This document shows, in pieces, positions 1 to 9,403 of a DNA stretch of 64,000 bases. Both the position numbers and the translations under genes were made by a program. Below the pieces are notes generated by a model. The model was given only the letters and a program-made list of their open reading frames with translations. It was not told the origin of the DNA and did not search any database. The DNA is from Candidatus Kaiserbacteria bacterium. Lineage in GTDB: Bacteria > Patescibacteriota > Minisyncoccia > Phycocordibacterales > UBA2100. How positions within the stretch are numbered: the stretch's first letter is position 1; each line of letters begins with the position of its first letter. The stretch covers positions 398,199 to 462,198 of the forward strand of contig CP070993.1 in the NCBI GenBank assembly GCA_017134395.1. The letters run 5' to 3'.

Positions 1-430
1 CACCATCTTCATTAGGTACTAGGTCAGACGTATCAATTGCTCCCTGAAGGCGGAATTCTAGTACTGGCGTTTCCCCGATAAGCCGAATGGCTTCTTGTGT
101 ATCGGTAACTCCTGGCAGTTCGATAATGAGCCTATCTTGCGTTTCGCCTGAGAGTGCACCGCCACGTTCTGTTTGTACGATTGGCTCTGCAACACCAAAG
201 AGGTTTACACGACGCTCAATGGTGTCGCGCAGTGATGCCATAGACTCCGAAATATCTTCCGATGCAAGACGTGAAGTATCCGCCTTGTATACTAAGTGCG
301 TACCTCCTGAGAGGTCGAGTCCAAGCTGAAATTGGAAATTGTTCTTTTGTATCTCAGAAGAGTATACGAACCATCCGACTCCGAATCCTACTAGTAAAAT
401 CGCTACTGTTATTAGTCTATTTTTCCACAT
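1..430 (-). CDS. secD: Protein translocase subunit SecD (N-terminal part, runs off window)
   Basis: Manual translation from ATG at 430: MWKNRLITVAILL...LGLDLSGGTHLVY...IERRVNLFGVAEP...IELPG; LGLDL(x)GG and RVN.FGVAEP are SecD hallmarks. Confidence 0.92.
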   Translation of the reverse strand, partial: MWKNRLITVAILLVGFGVGWFVYSSEIQKNNFQFQLGLDLSGGTHLVYKADTSRLASEDISESMASLRDTIERRVNLFGVAEPIVQTERGGALSGETQDRLIIELPGVTDTQEAIRLIGETPVLEFRLQGAIDTSDLVPNEDG

Positions 431-490
431 AATTAAGTGCTGGAAGTATACCTTACCCATTTAGCGAATATCAAGGGGTATTTTTTTATA

Positions 491-1846
491 CTACGAACCA
501 CGTTTTGTGAGAATGGTCTTGAGTGTAAGCGCGGCAATATAGAAATCGAGCCATAAACTACGCTCTTTTATATAGAAGAGGTCGTATGAAAGCTTTTCTG
601 CAGTGGAATCTACGTCTGCTTTATGGTGTGCGTGGTTATCGTGCATTATTTGAGCCCAACCAGAAAGCCCTGGTTTTACTACATTACGTAAGTTGTAATA
701 CGGTATTTCTGTCTTATACACGTCAGTAAGTGCTGGGAACTCTGGGCGAGGTCCGATGAATGACATGTCTCCCTTAAACACGCTCCACAACTGAGGTAGC
801 TCATCGAGCCTAGTGCGTCGTAGTAGTGCTCCAACACGAGTAACAGTATGCTTGGTTTCTAGCGCTTCCTCATCTGTATCGACTCCTGTCATGCTTCTAA
901 ACTTTGGAAAAGAGAATAGTTCCCCGCCAAGGCCAACACGTTGTGCTATGTAAAAGATTGGCCCTTTGCTCTCAAGCTTTATTGCCAGAATAATGAATGG
1001 ATATAATACGAGCGATACAAGCCCGAGTATAACTGCAGCTGCAATATCTGTTGCACGCTTACCAACTGAATAGACCAATTGTTGGTCTAGCGACATGTAC
1101 TGTAGGAGCCAGCGATGATCTATCAAAGAAAGTGGTACTCGTTCAAAGATTTCTTGGTACAACCTTCGTACGTCAATAAATTCGGCTTGGTGTTTTACAA
1201 AGGTTATATCGTAAATAAAAGACAATAGGTCATCTAATGAATGGTTGCTCATATCAGCAACTATAGTGCTGACTTCCCCACTTTCTATGAGTAACTGCAG
1301 GGTTTGTTTGACCTCTTCACTGGAAGAAAGCTCTGGGTGAATAATTGCGCGGAACTCCAACGGATACAGCGGGTCTTTATTAACCTCTTCTGCAAGCTCG
1401 GTAAGTTCAAGCCCTGTTCCGATGAGTACCGCACCAATTTCTCGGCGTACTAAAAGGTGCGGGTACATGTGTACTCGCCAAAAATACAGGAGTGCAGTTG
1501 AGATAAACAAATACAGCACCAGTACTGTTTTTGGCGTAATAAGAAAAATTGGAATAAGGAAGAAAAAGAGGGCGGCTATTCCTATGTTAACTGCTTGGGC
1601 TGCAAAGATAATGTTTGGTAGCTGCTTTCTAAATAACACGGTGTACCGTCCGTATAATCCGGAAATAAAATATACGATGAACCACACGCCAAATAAAAGA
1701 GAGAACGAGACCAAATGCACGACTGCATTTTCAAGGGAGGGCACACTAAAACTACGTAATGACAGTGCCAGCCATACGGATACATACAAAATGCTTATAT
1801 CACCCAATAAAAGCACGATATAGGCCTTGCGACTCAAAATGCTCAT
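491..1846 (-). CDS. Polyprenyl-phosphate glycosylphosphotransferase (WcaJ/WbaP-type sugar transferase)
   Basis: 4 N-terminal TM helices; C-terminal KFRSM, RLDELPQL, GDMSFIGPRPE, KPGLSGWAQI motifs. Confidence 0.92.
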   Translation of the reverse strand: MSILSRKAYIVLLLGDISILYVSVWLALSLRSFSVPSLENAVVHLVSFSLLFGVWFIVYFISGLYGRYTVLFRKQLPNIIFAAQAVNIGIAALFFFLIPIFLITPKTVLVLYLFISTALLYFWRVHMYPHLLVRREIGAVLIGTGLELTELAEEVNKDPLYPLEFRAIIHPELSSSEEVKQTLQLLIESGEVSTIVADMSNHSLDDLLSFIYDITFVKHQAEFIDVRRLYQEIFERVPLSLIDHRWLLQYMSLDQQLVYSVGKRATDIAAAVILGLVSLVLYPFIILAIKLESKGPIFYIAQRVGLGGELFSFPKFRSMTGVDTDEEALETKHTVTRVGALLRRTRLDELPQLWSVFKGDMSFIGPRPEFPALTDVYKTEIPYYNLRNVVKPGLSGWAQIMHDNHAHHKADVDSTAEKLSYDLFYIKERSLWLDFYIAALTLKTILTKRGS

Positions 1847-1889
1847 ACAGTACTAGTATCACTTTTAAGCTATTGACGCAATGGTTTGG

Positions 1890-3038
1890 CTATACTCCTA
1901 TAAACTCTCTTTGGGAGTCGTCGCGGTGAACGGTGCGTGAATATCGGCTCATACCCATAATAATACCGAGCGCCGCAAATTCGGTAAGCAAGTGAGAACC
2001 GCCGTAGCTCATAAACGGCAGAGTTACGCCAGTTACGGGGAGCAGCCCTATGTTCATACCAACATGTACCGTAAAGTGACTGATGAAGAGTATGGCGACA
2101 CCAAGCGCAAAGAGTGTTTCAAAATTAGTTGCTCCAAGTTTCGCATGCATTAAAATACGCCACAAAAGGATTCCGAATAGCATGAACAGGAACACAACTC
2201 CGACAAACCCCCACTCTTCTGCAAACGAGGCAAAAATGAAGTCGGTCTCGTATTCTGGCAAGAATTGCAACTTGCTTTGTGTACCGTACCCAATTCCTTT
2301 ACCTGATATTTGCCCAGAACCTACAGCGATAGTAGATTGATACGCATTGTAACCAGCGCCACGAACGTCAGCCAATGGGTGTAAGAATGTCAAAATTCTA
2401 TCTTTCTGATAATCGGCGAACACAAACATCCACATACCCGCTATGGCAAGCGCACCAGCAATAAATACTGCCAACAAGTGCTTTTTTGAGATGCCGGACA
2501 CGAGTACCATCCCAAACCATACAAACGCAATCATAATAGCTGAGCCGAAGTCTGGCTGGAGCAAAATGAGCAAGAAAAGAATGAGTGCGTACACTCCAGA
2601 CAAAAGAATGTGCCTAATGTGTGCTATTTCGATATGTCGACGAGTGAAGTACTTGGCGAGCAGCGCAATGATTACTAGCTTTGCATACTCAGCAGGTTGT
2701 ACCGCAAAACCTCCAAAATTGAAGCGGCTTTGGGCCCCCTTTACCACATCGCCAAACACAAAAACTAGTAACAGCAGCAGAACTGTTATACCGAACAGAA
2801 TGGTCACTATATTTGTTCTCCGTAGAAACCTAAAATCGATAAAGCTGAATATAAAGAACACGGCTACCGAAATAGAGAGCCATATAATCTGTCGTTGAAA
2901 GAATGAGTTGGCATCACCGTAGGCATGCATGGTTACAAGCCCTGCAAGCGTGATGAGTACTGCAGAAACAAATAGCAGCACATCGATGTGTCCAAAATAT
3001 CGCTGCAGGATATTTCCAGATAGATTTCCCATATTCAC
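1890..3038 (-). CDS. rodA: Rod shape-determining protein RodA (SEDS family)
   Basis: QPAEYAKL, QPDFGSA, GYNAYQS..AVGSG, LPEYETDFIF, PVTGVTLPFMSYGGS. Confidence 0.9.
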   Translation of the reverse strand: MNMGNLSGNILQRYFGHIDVLLFVSAVLITLAGLVTMHAYGDANSFFQRQIIWLSISVAVFFIFSFIDFRFLRRTNIVTILFGITVLLLLLVFVFGDVVKGAQSRFNFGGFAVQPAEYAKLVIIALLAKYFTRRHIEIAHIRHILLSGVYALILFLLILLQPDFGSAIMIAFVWFGMVLVSGISKKHLLAVFIAGALAIAGMWMFVFADYQKDRILTFLHPLADVRGAGYNAYQSTIAVGSGQISGKGIGYGTQSKLQFLPEYETDFIFASFAEEWGFVGVVFLFMLFGILLWRILMHAKLGATNFETLFALGVAILFISHFTVHVGMNIGLLPVTGVTLPFMSYGGSHLLTEFAALGIIMGMSRYSRTVHRDDSQREFIGV

Positions 3039-3043
3039 TGCGC

Positions 3044-3820
3044 CTATCGTGGGCGTTGGGGAAGTATTAAAGGAACTATATCAACGCGACCGACAGCAAA
3101 ACCAAATGGTTCTGGCCAGGTAAATGCGATTGGAAATTCTTCGTTTGGCCCAACGGCTTCTACTAATGTTCTCGACGAAGTGAATGCGTTTCCAGCAGTG
3201 TCAAAAACTGTCGCAACTAAAACTATGTCGTTAATGGTTACCACTTCACTGTTATGAACAATTGCGTCAAGCCGCGGCATTGAAGTGGTGTCGCTTATCT
3301 TTTCATTGCGTATTGAAATACCTATTGCTGGGTCTTGCATACGTTCCCACGTTAAGTCATTTACAAAACTGAAGAGCGTTCGTGCTGGGATACGATTACC
3401 AGTGTCTATACGGCTTTCAAACACTGGGAATACGCCTTCTGGCAGAACCGGTGCCCGCCCGAAACGCTCTGCAATAAGGATGTTTTTTTCGTCATAGAGT
3501 TTGAATTGGTATATACCATCGTACACTCCTGCACCTTGGTTTGGGTTTTCGATATACGCGACAGTATTGTAAAATCCGTCGCGCACTGGGAAGGTGCGTG
3601 CCCAAAGGACAGCATATGGCTGTATAAAGCGCTCATCTAGGAGCTGACAAGAGCCACCTCGGTCAATTGCTGTTTCATCTTGGTTTAGCTTGCCATCAAA
3701 ACAAGTGGCCGGTTTGTATGTCGTGAAAAATACTATTGGTGCAATGATGCTAAATACAAAAAGAAGTAGCCCTCCTCCGTAGATCATTTGCCTTTTTCGT
3801 GCCCATGCTGATGTTGCCAT
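3044..3820 (-). CDS. Membrane-anchored hypothetical protein
   Basis: 258-aa ORF, single N-terminal TM, CFDG.LNQDE..ID.GG.C motif then beta-rich domains. Confidence 0.75.
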   Translation of the reverse strand: MATSAWARKRQMIYGGGLLLFVFSIIAPIVFFTTYKPATCFDGKLNQDETAIDRGGSCQLLDERFIQPYAVLWARTFPVRDGFYNTVAYIENPNQGAGVYDGIYQFKLYDEKNILIAERFGRAPVLPEGVFPVFESRIDTGNRIPARTLFSFVNDLTWERMQDPAIGISIRNEKISDTTSMPRLDAIVHNSEVVTINDIVLVATVFDTAGNAFTSSRTLVEAVGPNEEFPIAFTWPEPFGFAVGRVDIVPLILPQRPR

Positions 3821-3869
3821 TACCTACAAGTATACCTTAGTGCTTCCTGTGGTGTCGAATACACTATGC

Positions 3870-3901
3870 AAAAACGCACCTCACTTTGTGAGGTGCGTTT
3901 T
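3870..3901. terminator. Intrinsic terminator downstream of 5S rRNA
   Basis: AAAACGCACCTCAC-TTT-GTGAGGTGCGTTTT inverted repeat with A/T tails. Confidence 0.8.
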
Positions 3902-3946
3902 ATAGGAGTGTGAATAGTATCACTAACGATATATTCAAATATTTTA

Positions 3947-4053
3947 TGTTGGCGCCGAGCTACTCTCGCCTTACGACTACCATCGCCTCAGAAGAGCTTA
4001 ACTTCTGTGTTCGGAATGAGAACAGGTGTACCCTCTTCGATGAAGCACCAACA
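3947..4053 (-). rRNA. rrf: 5S rRNA
   Basis: Minus strand contains CCTGTTCTCATTCCGAACACAGAAGTTAAG and GGCGATGGTAGT; terminal helix TGTTGGTGC/GCGCCAACA. Confidence 0.92.
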
Positions 4054-4120
4054 TAAAATATTCGAATGTTGTTGTACCTATGTTTGAAAATGAGCTCAAT
4101 CTCTCTAGAAAAGGGATTGA

Positions 4121-4257
4121 GGAGGATGGTGGGAATTGCACCCACAGCCTGCGCTTAGGACCGTTATAGTTACGGCCGTCGATCCTTTACTGCGACAGCA
4201 AGGACGGACACATATGCGGCACATTGGCTCGAAGGACCTTCGTCCTTACGCATCCTC
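4121..4257 (-). ncRNA. Unannotated tRNA-shaped RNA carrying a copy of 23S helix 69 (23S-5S spacer)
   Basis: 7-bp stem GAGGAUG/CAUCCUC abutting T-arm GUGGG-UGCAAUU-CCCAC; 4154-4178 identical to 23S 5697-5721; enclosed by perfect 20-bp inverted repeat 4075-4094/4294-4313. Confidence 0.65.
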
Positions 4258-4315
4258 ATGAGGAAAAGGAGAGACGTAGGGCCCTCCAGTTCCCTCATTT
4301 TCAAACATAGGTAGT

Positions 4316-4345
4316 ATTACATAGCACTGAAATCGACATGCAGAT
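4316..4345 (-). other. 3' strand of 23S processing stem (pairs with 7933-7962)
   Basis: 30-nt complementarity between leader and trailer with a single G-U wobble, typical RNase III precursor stem. Confidence 0.8.
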
Positions 4346-4493
4346 TTGTTAAACAAAGCTGTTAGAGAACTCCATACAGGAAACTCCTCGATGAATTAGT
4401 ACACCTCGGCTAAGTACATCGCTGTACGTACACCTAGTGCCTATCAACGTAGTAGTCTCCTACGGATCTCAAATGATTTCTTATCTTGAAGTT

Positions 4494-4526
<33 letters not shown>

Positions 4527-4655
4527 TTTCCCGACATAGCTACTCGGCAGTGCTTCTGGTGAAACAGCCGATAGACCAGAGGTCAGTTCATTCCGGTCCT
4601 CTCGTACTAGGAACAAATCTTCTCAAAAATCGACGCCTGCAGCGGATTACGACCA

Positions 4656-4692
<37 letters not shown>

Positions 4693-4760
4693 TTTTTAAT
4701 TGGCGAACAGCCAAACCCTTGGGACCTGCTCCAGCCCCAGGATAAGGTGAGCCGACATCG

Positions 4761-5126
4761 CTGTCGTTTGATGGGTGTTCAACTTCCCACCATGGTTCAC
4801 ATTACTTGGTCAATTGTAATAATTTTTATACTGCCATTACTGACAGGTTCGGACTATATCTTCACCCTGTGTGTTCCACAGGGGATTGGCGTGTAGTCTC
4901 TGAGGATTTCTCGTATTCATCGTCCATGAACGTAGAGATCTTTCCTGCTGATTGCCCTCTCAAGTACATTTTCAAACCACGCAGCTCACTCTTTCGAGTC
5001 ACTGTTTGGGTTGTACTGAGTTTCAGGTTATTTAGGGGTTCCAGCATATAGCCAATTTATTTTTGTAGAGGATTACTCCTCTAGGCACCCCGATGTTATA
5101 AGTATGTATGTATCTACTTAAAGTTA
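4761..5126 (-). mobile_element. Group I intron (IB-like) at 23S position L2500, no homing endonuclease ORF
   Basis: Splits GGCACCU/CGAUGUC; ends in G; IGS ACAUCGGGGUGCC pairs with both exons; core elements AUGCUGGAA, AAUCAGCAGG, UCAGAGACUACA, AAGAUAUAGUCC. Confidence 0.92.
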
Positions 5127-5690
5127 AGGTGCCGAACACCGCCGGCGATATGGACTCTTAGGCGGTACCAGCCTGTTATCCCCAGGGTAACTTTTATCCG
5201 TTAATCTCTAGCTGCGTCTAAAGCAAACTATCGGTTCACTATGTTCCGCTTTCGCGCCTGTTTGACATGTACGTCTCACAGTCAAGCTCTCTTATGCCAT
5301 TACACTATCGGCACGGTTTCCATCCGCGCCTAGAGAACCTTTAAACTCCTCCGTTACTTTTTAGGAGGATAGCGCCCCACTAAAACTACCTGCCAGATAC
5401 TGTCTCGATATGGTTTTTCCATACTGGTTAGAAGACGCATAAACAAAGGATGGTATTTCACTGACGGCTCCACGACTCCCAAAAGAATCGCTTCAAAGCC
5501 TCCCATCTATGCTACGCATTGTTCACACGCCCCCAATATCAAGCTGTAGTAAAGCTCCTGGGGTCTTTCCGTCCTGCTGCAGGTAAGCGGCATCTTTACC
5601 GCTATTGCATTTTCACCGGGCAGTTCCTCGAGACAGTGTCCCAGTCGTTACGCCATTCGTGCACGTCTAAAATTACTAGACAAGGAATTA

Positions 5691-5729
<39 letters not shown>

Positions 5730-6439
5730 CGGGGCTTACATAGCCCAGCATACAAAGTAAACTTCATACACCATCCATGTTTAACCTTCCGGCATTGGTC
5801 AGGCGTCACCCCGTATACATCCTCTTACGAGTTCGCACGGAGCTGTGTTTTTGATAAACAGTCGCCAGGACTCTTTCGCTGCGGCCTACTACTCGAAAGC
5901 AGCAGGCAGACCTTATCCCTAAGTTACGGTCGCTTTTTTGCCGAGTTCCTTGAGGAACTTTCACCCGTTCGCCTTAGTCTTCTCGACTCTACCACCTGTG
6001 TTGGTTTGCGGTACGGTCCACACACTGTTGAAGCTTAGAAGCTTTTCTTGGAGGGCTCTTCGCACGAATCTCCTCTAGCGAACTAGAGAATTTCTTCGGT
6101 TCTCGAAAGTATGTGATACACGGATTTTCCTATGTATCCTCTCTTAGAACAAAAAACACCAATCCAGTAAGGTGCTCGTACTTGTTTCCCCCGTCACTCC
6201 ATCGCACAGTGCGCAGGTTACGGAATATTAACCGTATGTCCATCGCCTCCCCCGTTCGGGATCGGCTTAGGCCCGACTAACCCTGAGCTGATCTTCATAG
6301 CCCAGGAAACCTCGGTATTTCGGCGTGTGGGAATCTCACCCACAATGCGGTTACTCGTGCCAACATTCTCACTTCCATATGCTCCACCATGGGTCACCCC
6401 TTTGGCTTCATCGCGAATGGAACGCTCTCCTACCGCTCA

Positions 6440-6483
6440 TGAATTTCATTCAGGACATGTAAACATGTCCTGAATGAAATTCA
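6440..6483 (-). other. Perfect 21-bp hairpin extension in 23S helix 45 region (mini-IVS-like)
   Basis: TGAATTTCATTCAGGACATGT-AA-ACATGTCCTGAATGAAATTCA between conserved ACGCTCTCCTACC and CGCAGTTTCGGT. Confidence 0.7.
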
Positions 6484-6546
6484 CAAGCCCGCAGTTTCGG
6501 TACGATACTTAACCCCGATCATCTTCGGCGCAAGGTCTCTGAGTGA

Positions 6547-6597
<51 letters not shown>

Positions 6598-7167
6598 CAC
6601 TGTCAAAGAAACCTCACCTCCTCGCTTGTACTTAGTATCAATTTAGGGACCTTAACTTGCGATCTGGGCTGTTTCCCTTTTGAGCACAGGAGCTTCGCCC
6701 CCTGACTCTAACTGCCACGCTTTTAACTACTGGTATTCGGAGTTTGATAGGAGTGACGAGCTTTCGCCCTGTTCACACCTTCCAGTGCTCTACCCCCAGT
6801 AGGAACACGTGACGCCAACCCTAAAGCTGTTTCGGAGAGAACCAGCTATTACCAAGTTCGATTAGCTTTTCACTCCTTACCACAAGTCATCCGAGCGCGT
6901 TACGCGACGCAACGGTTCGGGCCTCCAGAGATCTTTCGAACTCCTTCACCCTGCTCATGGTAAGCTCACCTGATTTCGGGTCTAATCCATACGACTATAA
7001 TTCGCGCTATTCACACTCGCTTTCGCTGTGGCTCCACCCGAGAAGGGCTTAGCCAGCCATATGCATTAACTCGTTGGCTCATTCTTCAATAGGCACGCCG
7101 TCGAGGCGCAAGACCTCTTCGACTCCTTGTAGACACATGGTTTCAGTTCTATTTCACTCCCCTCATC

Positions 7168-7210
<43 letters not shown>

Positions 7211-7961
7211 ATCTGAATGTATATTTAGCCTTACCAGTTAGTTCTGGCAGATTCACTCGGGCTATTCGTGTCCCGAGCTACTCAAGAACGTTAGCTAAAG
7301 AGATATGTCATTTTCAAATACGGGACTATTACCCTCTAGGGTCAACCTTCCCAGGTTGTTCTTTTAACAACATATTTTGTAACTCTTCCTACATAAATGC
7401 AGCACTAACGCCTTACAACCCCCTACTGCAAGCAGTAAGGTTTGGGCTTCTTCCGTTTCGCTCGCCGCTACTCAGGAAATACCTATTGGTTTCTATTCCT
7501 CCGGGTACTAAGATGTTTCAATTCCCCGGGTGTGCTCCTTGTATCAAGTACAAGGTCATCGAGTGTTACTCGATGGGGTTCCCCCATTCAGAAATTTTCG
7601 GATCGAAGGTTGTTTGGCACCTCCCCGAAACTTATCGCAGCCAGACCACGTCTTTCATCGCTCCATTCAGTCAAGGCATCCACCATGCGCCCTTAATGGA
7701 ACTTCCTGTAAGGAGTTCCACTAACTGCTTTGTTTGTGTCTTGTGTCTGTGCCAACACAACGTAAACCACTTTACGTTTGCTGACGTGTTTTGAAACTAC
7801 CAGCAAGCCCGGTGAGGCTGCTGTTAGTGTAGTTTCGATTTATTTTCTACTTAATTAAAAGTAGTAAATGCAATGTATGCCCCGTACGGAAAGACCCTGG
7901 TCGGCTAGACCAAAAATCAAACGGGACATACTATCTGCATGTCGATTTCAATGCTATGTAA

Positions 7962-7973
7962 TTGTCAAAGTGC
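7962..7973 (-). promoter_or_regulatory. rRNA boxA antitermination element
   Basis: Minus strand GCACTTTGACAA just upstream of the processing stem. Confidence 0.65.
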
Positions 7974-8095
7974 AACGTACTTTGGGCAAGAAAAAAGGTC
8001 GCTCATGCGACCGAATCAAGTGCTTTTAAAAATAAAAAGTCACCTTACCGGCTCGCCTTTTGCTTCTTTAAATTACTCATAAATACGTGGTCGCT

Positions 8096-8123
8096 ATTAT
8101 ATAGATGCGAGCATAAAAGTCAA
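8096..8123 (-). promoter_or_regulatory. sigma70 promoter of 23S-5S unit
   Basis: TTGACT-N16-TATAAT on minus strand. Confidence 0.75.
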
Positions 8124-8192
8124 CAAAATGAAGATAAAAAAACAGAGTCGACATATCAAAATACATGTCGACTCCTTGTTTTTTAAGAAACG

Positions 8193-8498
8193 TTACTCCA
8201 TCCCATCATGCAAACGTGGAATACTGCTATTCGAGACCATGTTTGCAAAAGTCCATGCTTCCCGTCCCTTGAAGAATAATTGCGGAAATACATACGATGT
8301 TGACGCAGCAACATATCCAGATGGCCCGTGAATTGGACGTACGCATGACACCACCCATACGCCAAAACGTATCTGACGATGAACCATTACTGGTCCGTAT
8401 TTCAATTCTTTTGCAACCATGTTCTTGTCAGCATGACGAGCAAAATCTCTGGGCGGAAACATAAAGAAGAAAACCAACTGCTGAGAATTGCTTTTCAT
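8193..8498 (-). CDS. Hypothetical protein
   Basis: 101-aa ORF preceded by AGGAGG Shine-Dalgarno. Confidence 0.55.
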   Translation of the reverse strand: MKSNSQQLVFFFMFPPRDFARHADKNMVAKELKYGPVMVHRQIRFGVWVVSCVRPIHGPSGYVAASTSYVFPQLFFKGREAWTFANMVSNSSIPRLHDGME

Positions 8499-8553
8499 AA
8501 GTATCCCTCCTAATATAAATGAGCTGACACCTGTATACCATCAAAATACGCAA

Positions 8554-8588
8554 AACAAAACACCCGCCGTATTGGCGGGTGTTTTGTT
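8554..8588. terminator. Intrinsic terminator
   Basis: AACAAAACACCCGCC-GTATT-GGCGGGTGTTTTGTT. Confidence 0.75.
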
Positions 8589-8604
8589 ATTCAAATAGAA
8601 AAGA

Positions 8605-9291
8605 CTATTTGTGGCTCATTTCTGAGCGTAATTGTTCGATGTATCGTGCTGCTGCTTCTTGTCCACCGAGTCCGAACGCGAGTCCGAACGCGAGTGAAAG
8701 AGCTACAACAACTCCTGCAAACAATGTTTGTAGGAATGCTGTTGCAACATTCAATTGAATGAGAGCTGCGATAACTGCGAAAATCCAGATTGACCACTTA
8801 GCAACACTGCCAAGAAAATGTGCACTCTTCATTTCTGCGGCGCGAGCTGCTCCTGCAACAAGGCTTCTTACGAACTCACCAAGTACTGCAGCGATCAAAA
8901 GAATTAATACTGCAACGATAACTTGTGGCAAGTACAAGAGAACAACTTCCTGAAGGAAGACACCAACTTGTGTAAGACCAAGAACTTCCACTGCAGCGAG
9001 TAGGAATACAATAATGATGAACCATTTTACGAGTCCACCTAGTAAACCTCCAGCGCTCATGCGAAAACCTCCTCGGTTAACAGCCTCTTCAAAACCGGCA
9101 CTTCGGAGTGCGTTGTCTATCTTGAGTGCGTCAACAACTTGTGCGACAACACGTCCTAAGATAGCTCCTACAATCCAACCGATTATAAAGATAACGATTG
9201 CTACAACTATGTTTGGTACGAAAACTACAAAGTTAAGCCAAACTTCTTGAAATGACTGCTGAATAGCAGCAGTCCATGATTGAATCAACAT
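8605..9291 (-). CDS. TM-helix repeat protein (small-conductance mechanosensitive channel/CmpX-like)
   Basis: Repeated P(N/Q).IVA(I/V).I..IG helices and LAFGLAFGLGG C-terminal motif. Confidence 0.75.
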   Translation of the reverse strand: MLIQSWTAAIQQSFQEVWLNFVVFVPNIVVAIVIFIIGWIVGAILGRVVAQVVDALKIDNALRSAGFEEAVNRGGFRMSAGGLLGGLVKWFIIIVFLLAAVEVLGLTQVGVFLQEVVLLYLPQVIVAVLILLIAAVLGEFVRSLVAGAARAAEMKSAHFLGSVAKWSIWIFAVIAALIQLNVATAFLQTLFAGVVVALSLAFGLAFGLGGQEAAARYIEQLRSEMSHK

Positions 9292-9403
9292 AACGTTATT
9301 TTTTGCCTAGGCGTTATATTAGAAAACGAATAATAATACAGTACCGACCTACCTTAATAATACACCTTGTAGGAAGCGATTTTTTTGTAGCTGTGGGTAT
9401 GTT

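Noticed and set aside
4121-4257. Spacer element as tRNA-Sec, tmRNA or a standard tRNA
   Set aside because: No anticodon arm or UCA loop, 7-bp rather than 8-bp acceptor, no G3-U70, too short for tmRNA and no tag frame
4806-5051. Short ORFs in the intron as a possible homing endonuclease
   Set aside because: 61-81 aa, overlap the ribozyme core, no LAGLIDADG/HNH/GIY-YIG motif
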